From NCBI RefSeq assembly GCF_963921235.1, contig NC_086104.1, forward strand, positions 142,228,001-142,292,000: a stretch of DNA of 64,000 bases. The letters are read 5' to 3'. The notes under the pieces are model-generated. The model was not told the origin of the DNA, did no database searches, and worked only from the letters and a program-made list of their open reading frames with translations. The translations under genes were made by a program, and so were the position numbers. Source of the DNA: Mobula hypostoma. Lineage: Eukaryota. Below, in pieces: positions 36,605-47,620 of this stretch (within the stretch, counting starts at the first letter, position 1; the number at the start of each line of letters is the position of its first letter).

Positions 36605-36790
36605 TACAAGAGAGGCTGCAGATGCTGGATCCTGGAGCAACAATCTGTTGGAGGACCTCTGGGAAGCCTTAAGAAGCAGCTATGGAAGGAAAGAGATTGT
36701 CAATGTTTCAACCTAAAATGACTGCAATTCCTTTCCTCCCATTGTGCAGCACGACCTGCTGGGTTCTCCATTGAACTGCTTGTCACTGTA
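36605..36790. mobile_element. Old Penelope-derived inverted-repeat element inside a V-SINE
   Basis: CTGCAGATGCTGGATCCTGGAGCAACAATCTGTTGGAGGA start; same type as 8960-9230. Confidence 0.55.
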
Positions 36791-36847
36791 GCTCCTCTAG
36801 TTGCACCACTGCGTTGCCCAAGGCATCTCACTTTGTGCTTTTGGGTT

Positions 36848-37373
36848 ATAGAACCATAGAAGACTCGAGCACAGAAAACAGGCCATTCGGCCCTTCTAGT
36901 CTGTGCCTAAACTTTATTCTGCTAGTCCCATTGACCTGCACCCAGTCTATAACTCTCCAGACCTCTCCCATCCATGTATCTATCCAATTTATTCTTAAAA
37001 CTTAAGAGTGAGCCCACATTTACCATGTCAGATGGCAGCTCATTCCACACTCCCACCACTCTCTGAGTGAAGAAGTTCCCCCTAAACCTTTCCCCTTTCA
37101 CCCTAAAGCCATGTCCTCTTGGTATTTATCTCTCCTAACCCAAGTGGAAAGAGCCTACTCGCATTTACTGTATCAATACCCCTCATAATTTTGTAAACCT
37201 CAATCAAATCCCCCCTCATTCTTCTACACTCCAAGGAATAAAAGTCCTAACCTGTTCAATCTTTCCCTGTAACTCAACTCCTGAAGACCCGGCGACATCC
37301 TAGTAAATCTCCTCTGCACTCTTTCAATCTTACTGATATCCTTCCTATAGTTAGGTGACCAGAACTGCACACA
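36848..37373 (-). mobile_element. CR1 3' end
   Basis: Close homologue of the 3' end of the intact CR1; ATAGAACCATAGAA tail. Confidence 0.9.
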
Positions 37374-38523
37374 GTAAGTGTCACATTTGTGAGGTGTCTC
37401 AGAAGCCTTGTTGAGGGTCTACATTGGGTTTTCTTGGACTGGTGGCAGGAAAAGAATAAAAAGGTTTTTAATTCTCAAGTTCCTAAAAAAGACAGCCCAT
37501 TTCAGGGAGTTTGCAGCTATTTCTTTAACAATGGAGAAATGAAATTCACAGAACTTGAAGAAATGCAAGCTGCTCAGCAACATTTCTAGATATTCTTTGC
37601 CTTTGGGACAGAGTTAGTCTAGATGTGCCTTTTGTTGAATAATCATTGCTGCCCTCAACAATTAGTCACATCGAAATCACTGAAGGATAAAACCATAAAT
37701 CAGCTGAATTAGACTCTAATTCTCCAACACCATGCATGGTATTTATCCTTCCCACCTATGACAATCATTAATCAGATCTTTGTCAATCTTGTATGCTGTC
37801 AGTCATGTCCAGGATCACAAAAGCAGAGATCCTTGATTATGGAGAGTATTTAATACGGACTTGCCGCCATTAGTTAACCCTCAGGTGAAACTCTATGATC
37901 GGTTTCACAATGCAAGGCAGGGGGTCAGCTGTGGTAACACACCCTTGTACCATTCTATGCAGTCCTTGCTTTATATCCAATGGTCATTACAATGCTCATA
38001 ATTATGTTTCAGTTCATTGCTATACAGAGGCGGGCAAGAGTCAAAGGCATCACCTTTGCTTCCTCACTTTCATTTGAGATTAAGTACGTACAGGACTGAC
38101 AGCTTGTCATGATTGGATGCCATGCTCTACATGATTAACCTGAGTACCGTGGGCAGAAAGAATAAACTTTCAAAAGGATGAGTTGCAGCAAAGTTTTTAC
38201 CAGACTGATTCCTGGGACAGGAGGACATTCAAAGGGGAAAAGACTGGGTTCACTAGGCCTCTATTCACAGAATGAGATGTCACTGAAATGTGCCAAATAC
38301 TGACAGGCTAGGGGGCATGTGGATTTGGATAGCTATATGGACAGGAAAGGAATGGAGGGTTATGGGCTAAGTGCAGGTCGGTGGGACTAGAAGGGCCGAG
38401 ATAGCCTGTTTCCGTGCTGTAATTGTTATATGGTTATATGGAAAGGATATCTCCCCAGGCCTGAAATGCAGAACCAGGGGTCACAGCCTAACCAAGCAAA
38501 ATAAATCATATTGGAATAGAGGA

Positions 38524-38753
38524 TGCAAACACGAGGAAATCTGCAGATGCTGGAATTTCAAGCAACACACATAAAAATTGCTGGTGAACGCAGCAGGCCA
38601 GGCAGCATCTATAGGAAGAGGTACAGTAAACGTTTCAGGCCAAGACCCTTCGACAGGACTAACTAAGTGTCTCGGCCTGAAACGTCGGCTGTACCTCTTC
38701 CCATAGATGCTGCCTGGCCTGCTGCGTTCACCAGCAATTTTTATGTGTGTTGC
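38524..38753. mobile_element. Penelope-derived fold-back element with 13-bp TSD, inside a CR1 fragment
   Basis: TTGGAATAGAGGA at 38511-38523 and 38754-38766; ~88-bp near-perfect inverted arms. Confidence 0.85.
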
Positions 38754-38839
38754 TTGGAATAGAGGAAATGCTTTCACCCACATGGTGGTAAACCTGTGAG
38801 ATTCTCTCCAATAACACTCTTCTAAAGAAGTAGTATAAA

Positions 38840-39590
38840 AAATGCCCAGACACAGAGGACATCATGGGCTATGCCCCTTTCTCAATGCTACCATGAGGGA
38901 GGAGGTACAGGAGCCTGAAGGCACACGTTCAGCAATTCAGGAATAGCTTTTTCCCCTCTGCCAACTGATTTCTGAATGGACATTGAACCCATGAACACTA
39001 CCTCATTACTTTTCATTTTTATTTTTGCACTACATATTTAATTTAACTATTTAATATATATACTTACTGTAATTCACAGTTATATTTTTCTTTATTATTA
39101 TGTATTGCATTGTACTGCTGTGGCAAGGACAACGAATTTCATGACATATACCTACCCTCTGCTCGTTACACCACGGCCATCTAGAACCTCCATCTCTGGC
39201 AGTGTTCAGGGCCTCCTTCATTGTGTCAGTAGCTTGGTTTTCACTTCTGTCAGTCATGAAAGTTTCAGGTAGAGTCTCGGGATTACCGTCGCGCACAGAT
39301 GTAGAATGGTTCTTCAATGTTGTTTCACAACAATTTTGTTTTACCAGTCAGGTTTATTAGCCCTGAGCTGAACCCCCAAACCTGGACCACTCTTAGTTTG
39401 GCCTCTACCCTTTGACCTGTTTGGCATGGGTGACCCTACCAAGAGCCAAAGCATAAAGCCCTGACTCCAGCCAACATAGCTCTGAAGGGTATTGAGGCAC
39501 ACAAGCTTCCAAACCCTCTGACAAGGTTGTGGTCCTCTTGGAGGTTCACTTCATACACCTGTGATATCAAACTTGATTCTGATTCTGATG
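38840..39590 (+). mobile_element. Rex/Babar 3' end interrupted by a bipartite RTE derivative
   Basis: GRRYRSLKAHVQQFRNSFFPS; tail AATTTCATGACATAT / GTGATATCAAACTTGATTCTGATTCTG is split at ~39150. Confidence 0.8.
39150..39545 (-). mobile_element. Bipartite non-autonomous RTE derivative, long type
   Basis: Matches the RTE 5' UTR to ~27450, then the 3' terminal CCAGAGATGGAGG segment. Confidence 0.85.
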
Positions 39591-39779
39591 AAGGTAGACT
39601 GGAAAGATGATGATATTGACATCATGGATCAGCCATGATTATATTGAATGATGGTGCAGACTAGACATTGAACTACTCACTTACTAGGTATGGCAGTTGC
39701 TGCAAACTAGTGTGTAACTAAGAACACCTTCAGATTCAGTTTTTGCATATCCGAGTGATAGTGGGGTTTTAAAAACAAC

Positions 39780-40100
39780 ACTGAAGGAACAGGTTAAATT
39801 AGTGATTTACCTATTTCAATGTCAGAAATTTGCAAGGTAACAACAACAACAGGTAAAACAATGCTGCAGGGAGACAATTTGACAGCCGTTCTGAATTGAA
39901 CAAAATATTGAGAATTCTTCAGTTTAAAATTCAGCTGTTGCTCCATCAAAAGGAGCAACATTATCAGACCTACAACGTTTTATTCATCAGATGTCCTATC
40001 TCATCTGTCAGGTAATCATGAGAAAGCATTATAACATAATATTCCTTGCCCTATATTGAGCACATTCAGACAGTTTGTCATTTTAACTAGGCATATAATT
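39780..40100. promoter_or_regulatory. Candidate conserved non-coding element / developmental enhancer
   Basis: Repeat-free; TGATTTAC (39803), TGACAG (39880), CTGTCA (40005), CATCAAAAG inside a 9-bp inverted repeat; motif evidence only. Confidence 0.4.
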
Positions 40101-40864
40101 TTAATTAAAGTTATCTTTTCTGCATCAGGAGGCATTATTACATTACAATAAGATCATATCGAGAGTTGAAGCATGATCAGCCTTCTATTGTATGAAAAGT
40201 ATTAGACAAATGTTCAAAGGGTATTGGTATAAAGGCAATAATTACAGTTTCACATAATCCTTCTGTGATTTTTTTAAGGCTTCAACCTTTTCATTATTTG
40301 CAAAAATAGAGGTTTTAATGAAACAAAGACATAATGCCTTTTAGTTTCCTTTTGTTTAGCAATTCCTCTTCTCAAAGCAACATCCATGATTTGCACAGTA
40401 GATTTTTGCACCTGGCCACCATCTACAAAGAGAAAATTAGTTTTTCGTTAATTTTTTCTTTGAAAGGCAAGCATTTGAAAAGTGACTTTATTGTCAGTGA
40501 TACAGAGCTTGTAATACCAACCACTGTGTTTTCACCAGGGAATGACTGCAGATGTACATTTCGTCGCTCAAGTTCTGGGATAATGGATTGATCATTCGGA
40601 TAGGTCGGCGGGGGGGGGGGGCGCGGGGATAAATCAGCTGTGGCGTAGAGAAGAGGTAAATGTTCAGGATTCAGGCAACTGCCTGGCCACAAAGTGACTC
40701 AAGGGTTCAGGCAAATGTTTATTTAGAGTACAGATTGCTACAACGAGGCTTGTGCAGGTAGCAGGTTAAGAGTTAACAAACTGGTTTGTGTTCATCTGCA
40801 GTCTATGATGAGGAACTGCTGCCTACTTGCTCCTGCAGAATCGTGGCTCCAGGACCATCATCGC

Positions 40865-41363
40865 ATGCCAATCACGCGGCAGCATCTCAATGCACAAAAG
40901 CATGCAGACGTGGTCAAGAGGATCAGTTGTTGTTCTGACAAAATGTCAGAATGGGGAAGAAATGTGATCTAAGTAACTTGGCCTGTGAATATATGACACT
41001 TAGGGTGGTTTGAGAATCTCAGGAACCCCTGAGATTTTCACACAAAACAGTCTCTGGAGTTTACAGAAATTGTGTGAAAAACAAAAAAAAAAACAGCCAG
41101 CGAGCGTCAGTTCTGCGGGTGAAAACATTTTGTTAATGAGAGAGGACAGAGGAGAGTGGCCAGACTGGTTCAAGCTGACAGGAAGGTGACAATAACTCAA
41201 ATAACCACCTGTTAAAACAGTAGTGTGCGAAAGAGCTCTTCTGAATGCACAACACGTTGAATATTGAAGTGAATGGACTGCAGCAACAGAAGACCATGAA
41301 CATACACTTAGTGGCCGCTTTATTAGGTATGGGAGTTACCTAATAAAATGACCACTGAGTATA
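40865..41363 (+). mobile_element. Tc1-like derivative ending in a TIR-TIR mini-hairpin
   Basis: ATGGGGAAGAAATGTGATCTAAGT transposase start; arms 41303-41329 / 41337-41363. Confidence 0.85.
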
Positions 41364-41951
41364 TGTTTCTGAATTCAAGTAATGATTCACAGCTATGACA
41401 TGGAAGATTTTGTTTGGCTGGTGAAGGAGTAGTTCAGCTGTGAACTCTGTGTCTACACTCTGTAATCCCAATGGAGCACAGCTGTGGAGTGACGGAGAGT
41501 GACCGGGTACAGACAGCTGAGGTGTTGCTGTAGTCTTGTTCGGCGTCTGCCAGAGCAATTGAAAGTTGAAACACGTTCATTATTGTGACAGCTTCATCAG
41601 TACGAACAGATGTGACTGCTGACAATTCTGACAAGTTCAAATCCCCACCAGGGTTCCAAACAGGAAAAGGGCCAAGTAACACAGTCAGTGGGTGACCTGT
41701 GATGTGACTAGCTTGCTACAGACTGGTGAGGGAATCTTAGGCGTCAGTCGTGACTCATGTCTCCAAGTTAGAAGGTTGTAGGTACCAAGTCTTAAGTACT
41801 TGGAGAGTGCTGAACTATCAGAGGTGAGTTTTTAGATAAATCATTAATGCAAAGAGTCACCTGCTCTTTCATGTGGATGTCAACAATCGCAAGACATTAT
41901 TTTACAGCACATAGCCCTCAAGTAACTTCACAAAAATGTTAGCTAGTTATA

Positions 41952-42456
41952 CAGGCTGACCACCACTAATCCAAAAGGATTAGGACCTGTGCAATGCAGA
42001 ATAGTGATTTTGCTGAATCACAGGTTAAGATTTTATTTAACCCACTTGATGATCATCTCACCCTTGGATAATAATAAAAAAAAGAAATGACAAATGAAAA
42101 TTGAGTGAAATTTATTGAAGTACAGAACAGGCAAAGTACCTTACGAGGTATCTGCATTTACTTATGTCAAGAAGTTGGTTATTGCCCCTTCCAAAGTACA
42201 GAGTTGGATTGTACAACTAAGCAGAGCAACATTCCTGAAAGAGGGGGGGTCATCAGGTAACTGCGGAATAACACAAATGAATGACTTGCCTCTTTTAAAG
42301 ACCATGCCAACAGCTGATTCTACTAATTGAGCCACCAAAACAGTGGCAACGGGTTGGTGTGGTGACGTACGTAATTTGAAATTAGGCTAGTGAAATTATG
42401 CCCGAACCAGAGGTGGAACTGGATTACTGACTGCCAGATTCGAGGTGGTTGACCTG
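41952..42456. mobile_element. Tigger/pogo-like non-autonomous DNA element
   Basis: Imperfect TIRs CAGGCTGACCACC / GGTGGTTGACCTG, TA on the left flank; interrupts the Deu-SINE. Confidence 0.45.
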
Positions 42457-42469
42457 TGTCACACAGCTC

Positions 42470-43103
42470 ACATGAGAAAACCTGCAGATACTGAAAATCC
42501 GACGCAACACACACAAAATGCTGGAGGAACTCAGCAGAGCAGGCAGCATCTATGGAAGAGAGCAAATAGTCAATATTTCGGGCCGAGACCCTTCATCAGG
42601 ACTGGAAAGATGGGGGAAGCAGTCAGACTAAGAAGATGAGGGGATGGGAGGAAGATATACAAGGTGGCAGGTGATGGTTGAAGCCAGGAGAGGGGGAGGG
42701 GTGAAGTAAAGAGCTGGGAAGTTGATTGGTGAAAGAGATACAGGGCTGGAGAAGGGGGAATCTGATAGGAGAGGACAGAAGACCATGGAAGAAAGGGAAG
42801 CGGGAGGAGTACCAAAGGGAGGTCAGGAGATAAGGTGAGAGGGAAACAGGAATAGAGAATGGTGAAGGAGAGAAGGGGGGGAATTACTGGAAGTTCAAGA
42901 AATCAACGTTCATGCCATCAGTTTGAGGCTAACCATATGGAATATAAGATCACAAACAAGAAAAAATCTGCAGATGCTGGAAATCCGAGCTACACGCACA
43001 AGATGCTGGAGGAACTCAGCAGGCCAGGCAGCCTCTATGGAAAAAAGCGCAGTCTCTGTTTCAGGCTGAAACCCTTCGGCAGGAATATAAGATGTTGCTC
43101 CTC
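42470..43103 (-). mobile_element. Penelope-like element 3' end (GIY-YIG C-terminus, pyrimidine-rich UTR, hammerhead) with a nested 131-bp derivative
   Basis: Minus strand EEQHLIF..SL..DGMNVDFLNFQ-stop (one frameshift); nested copy 42951-43081 flanked by GGAATATAAGAT (42939-42950, 43082-43093). Confidence 0.8.
42568..42603 (-). ncRNA. Minimal type I hammerhead ribozyme motif
   Basis: AGUC-CUGAUGA-A-GGGU(CUCG)GCCC-GAAA-UAUU-GACU: stem I AGUC/GACU, intact core boxes, 4-bp stem II, palindromic AUAU stem III; on the sense strand of the Penelope ORF. Confidence 0.75.
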
Positions 43104-44884
43104 TATTGCTATCTGTGGAAGCTTGCTGTGTACACATCGGTTGTATTTTTTAAAATATATTACAATAGGGATTAGAGTTCATTAATACTTCATTGTTTCT
43201 GAAGTCCTCTGACATGTCGAATTCTGAATGTGGTACATTGCAAGTTTGTTCTCTCTTTAAGCAGTACGTGAGTGCAAAAGGTGGTTTACTATTTTTTTGG
43301 TATTGGCAAATGAATCAAAACGCCAAAGCTCGCTGTGCAAAGTAGTCCCAAGTCTGAACAGAGCTGGTATTTTATGCCAAAAGGAAATGATGCTGATGAA
43401 AGTTAATAAGAGGCATCATTAATAAGAACCCTTGCTTGTAGTGAGTGAGTGAGTGCAAGATTTAAATAGAGAGTGAAGCCTATTGGGATTTCTTGGCCAG
43501 CTTGAAATAACATAAGCCAGTACTGTGGAGAGTGACCCTGAGATTTTATTAAAAGAGTGGGTCCTGTTGGGACATTTTTAAGCAGGCTTGAGATCATTGA
43601 GTAATTAGGCAGTTGGCAAGGGCCAATAAAAGACATTAGCTTTAAGTTCAATGGCCACTTTGGGAGCCTCCATGTGTGAATTATAATGGGAAGCTCGGGG
43701 CTTTGGATCAAGAGGCTTTGGCAATGAGGACCAGATGCTAAGGGAAATTTTTGGTAAGTTTCTTTGTTTCTTTCTTATTGCACTGTTAGAGCAGTAGGAT
43801 TGCCAGCCCTTCTGCGGGATGTGGGAAGACAGGGAGATCTCCAGTGTCCTTGATGACTACACCTGCAAGAAGTGCATCCAGCTGCAGCATCTTATAGACC
43901 ACGTCAGAGAACTGACGCTGAAACAGGATGAACTCCATATCATTTGGAAGGCTGAGGGGTTGAGATACAGGGAGGTAGCTACACCCAAGGAGCAGGACAC
44001 AGGTTAATAAGTGACTGCCAGGAGGGAGAAAGAGGACAAGCACCCAGTGCAGGGTACCCCTATGCTCATCCCCTCAATAACAAGTATACTACTTTGGGAA
44101 CTGTTGGGGAGTACAACCTGGCAGAGGAAAGCAATAGCAGTTGAGTTTGTGGTGCTGAGTCCAGCTCTGGCTTGGATGGAAATGGGGAGAAAAGGAGAGT
44201 GGTAGTGATGGGGGTTTCAATAGTTAGGGGAACTGGCGGAGATTTTATGTATGTGGCAGAGACTTCTGGATGGTATGTTTCCCATTGCATTCTTTGTGGG
44301 GTGGTGGTGAACATCTAGAAGTTGTGGTACATATTTGTACCAATGGTATAGCTAGGAAAAGGAATGAGATCCCGAAGAGAGAACATAGGGAGCAAGACCT
44401 TAAGGGTGATGATCGCTGATTACAGCTTCAATTTACTTTGAACTTCATCACGTGCCAGTGAGGGTAAGAATAGGATGACTTAGTAGATGAATGTGTGGCT
44501 GAAGAATTGGTATAAAGACCAGTGTTTCAGATTTGTAGTTTATTGGGATCTCTCCTGGGGAAGGTATGACCTGTACAAAACGTTCAGGATACACCTGAGC
44601 TCGAGGAAGGCCAAATTCTTTGTGGGTAAGTTTGCTAGAGCTGTCGGGGAGGTTCAAAACTACTTTGCCAGGGAACTGGGAACAAGATTAATAGGTCAGA
44701 GGATCAGGCAGTTGGTGTAAGGGTAGATGCAGTCTGCAGAGAGACTGTGAGGAAGAATGGGAGTGGAAAGAGTATAATTACAGTAGGTTGAAAGGCTTGA
44801 AATGTGTCTGTTTTAATGCAAGGAGTATCAGTAACAAGGGCAATAGACTCTAGAGCATGGGTCAGTACATGGAGCTACATTGTT

Positions 44885-45359
44885 AGAAACATAGAAACAT
44901 AGAAAACCTACAGCACAATACAAGCCCTTCAGCTCACGATGCTGTGCCGAACATGTACTTAATTTAGAAATTACCTAGGGTTACCCATAGCCCTCCATTT
45001 TTCTAAGCTCTATGTACCTATTCAGGAGTCTCCTAAAATACCCTATCATATCTACCTCCATCACCGTCACTGGCAGCCCATTCCACGCACTCACCACTCT
45101 CTGCGTTAAAAAAAACTTACCCTGACATCTCCTCTGTACCTACTTCCAAGCGTCTTAAAATTGTGCCCTCTCATGCTAGCCACTTCAGCCCTGGGAAAAA
45201 ACCTCTGACTGCCCACATGATCAATGCCTCTCATCATCTTATACACCTCTATCAGGTCACCTCTCGTCCTCTGTCGCTCCAGGGAGAAAAGGCCGAGTTC
45301 ACTCAACCTATTCTCATAAGGCATGCTCCCCAATCCAGGCAACATCCTTGTAAATCTCT
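44885..45359 (-). mobile_element. CR1 3' end with 6-bp TSD
   Basis: ATTGTT at 44879-44884 and 45360-45365; MLPGLGSMPYENRLSELGLFSLE peptide; (CATAGAAA)n tail. Confidence 0.9.
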
Positions 45360-46203
45360 ATTGTTGTGGCCATAATGAGACTTGGGTGTCACAAGGGTGG
45401 AATGGCTGCTGGATGTTCTGGTTTTTGGATAATTTGAAAGGGACAGAGATGAGGGTAAAAGAGATGGGAAAGTGGCATGGCTACTCGGGGATAGTATCAC
45501 AGCTGCAGAAAGGGAAAATGTCTTGGATGGATTGTTGGTTGATTCAGTGTCAGTCTGGGTAAGAAACAGAAAAGGAACAATCATCCTTTTGGAAGTATTC
45601 GATAGACCACCTTCCTCAGCAGCAACAGACACACTGAGGTGCCAATTAGGAGGCAGGTTTTTGAAAGATGCACGAATAACATGTTTGTTGTCATGGGTGC
45701 CTTTGATTTTTCTAACATTGATCAGCACCTCCTCAATGCAAAAGTTTAGATGAGGAGGAATTTGTTATCTGTTTCTACGCCATGGGATGACTAGAGGACA
45801 GGCCAAAGTGGATCCGGTACCACGCTATGAACCTGTTTCTGGTTCATTATGAACAACTGTTAGGTGTCAGATCTCTCGAATGGCTGAGCATTTTGGAGGC
45901 ACTGACCATAACTCCCTGACTTTTACCACAGACAAGGACAAGGATAGAGCAGATGATATAGCAAAGTATTTAATTGTGAGAGGGGGAATTAAGGATGCTT
46001 TCAGACAAGAGCTTGGGAGCATAAATATAGTCAGGAAAATGCATAACGGAAATGTGGAGAATGTTTAGGGAGTACTTGCATAAGGTTCTGGATAAGTTTG
46101 TCCCACTGAAGCAGGGAAAGGATGGTAAGGTGAAAGAGCCATGGTTGACAAGCACATCTTGTGAAGAGGGAGAAAGAAGCTTATTTAAAGTTTAGCAAGC
46201 AAG

Positions 46204-47091
46204 TGTAATGCCCTGATTAATATTTCTACTGCTATGCTATGAGGTATTGTTATTTTGGCAGTTTTCTGCAAAAGCAGCATGTCCTGCTAGTAAGGGTGTT
46301 TTGGGTTCAGCTAAGGATAAGGAGCATCGTTGTCCAACTTAGGAATGTTGTGTCAGCCAATCAGGATTGTCTTGGTACATGTTGTAACTTCCTACCCAAT
46401 GTGATGGCATGAAACATCCAAGAGAGCTAGACGGGAGGAGATTTCTGAAGGACAGTAGTCTGGTTTGGGATCTTTCTGGTGGGAGTTGTGGAGCGGGGCA
46501 CAAGGGAAGATGCCGCAGAATGCCATTTTAAGGGGAGATCCCATTTTAAGAAGAGCTTCGTGCAGACGAATGGTTCAAAGGAGGAAGTGCCAATACTCCT
46601 GAGTTAGCTAGTTCATTTGAGATGGTCTTTGAACGAAGTTCAAACTGTTGCTGGTGTCCTTCATGCAGAATGTAGGTTCAGTGTGTGAATAAAGTGAAAC
46701 ACCCGACTACTACAGAAATGAGCTCCAACGTTTATGTGCACTTTGGGTTGGTTTAACTGTAATCAGACGTTTTATCTTTCTTTTCCTTTTCTGTAACTGT
46801 TAGAGTTGAAAATTTGGTAAATATGTTTTCCTTTAATTTTACAGCAGTGTACAATCTGTCATTTCCTGGCAACAATAACTGTGTATGGGGCAGTATTTAC
46901 ACAGCATTCACTACAATCAATGTTCCTTAATCGGAACATCCCAACTTTCGTGTTTGGTTGAACACCAAATCATACTGATTCTAGATGTATATTGTTCATG
47001 AAAGGTGCCCTTCTCACTGCTGAGTCACATGGCTGTAAACGGAGTTAGCTAACGAGCCAAATTTGGATACAAGCCTGGTGAGAGGGTGACA
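46204..47091 (+). repeat. Solo LTR (888 bp), probably Gypsy
   Basis: TGTAATGCCCT...AGGGTGACA termini; perfect 4-bp TSD CAAG (46200-46203, 47092-47095); CCAAT box near 46358. Confidence 0.85.
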
Positions 47092-47325
47092 CAAGGATTG
47101 ACAGCACTCTTGAGTGCAACAACTTAGCCAGGAAGGAGACAAATAATGGGCACAGGAGAGTTAAAATGGGATAGGAGAAGGATTGGCAAGTAGGACTAAG
47201 GAAAACCCGAAGATATCTACACGAATGTGAAGAACAAGATGACTATAGTGATGGTAGGACTGATTAGGGATAAAAGAAACACGTGCCTGGAGTTGAAGGA
47301 GCTAGGGGAGGTCAATGAAAATGTT

Positions 47326-47620
47326 GAAACATAGAAAGCCTACAGCACAATACAGGCCCTTCAGCCCAGAAAGTTGTGCCGAACATTTCCCTATCTTAGA
47401 AATTACTAACTTTACCTATAGCCCTCAATTTTTCTAAGCTCCATGTACCTATCTAAAAGTCTCTTAAAAGTCCCTATCGTATCTGCCTCCACCACCGTTG
47501 CCGGCAGCCCATTCCGCGCACTCACCATCCTCTGAGTGAAAAACTTACCCCTGACATCTCCTCTGTACCTACTCCCCAGCACCTTAAACCTGTGTCCTCT
47601 TGTGGCAACCATTTCATCCC
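47326..47620 (-). mobile_element. CR1 3' end; a hAT MITE follows at ~47638-47720
   Basis: ORF 47412-47612 TRGHRFKVLGSRYRGDVRGKFFTQR. Confidence 0.85.

Larger units (their letters stand above)
41740..43255 (+). mobile_element. Deu-domain SINE remnant (SacSINE1/AmnSINE1-like), split into 41740-41940 and 43105-43255
   Basis: GAGTGCTGAACTATCAGAGGTG..GTGGATGTCAACAATC and ATTGCTATCTGTGGAAGCTTGCTGTG..TACTTCATTG resemble the Deu core and tail as I recall them. Confidence 0.55.
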
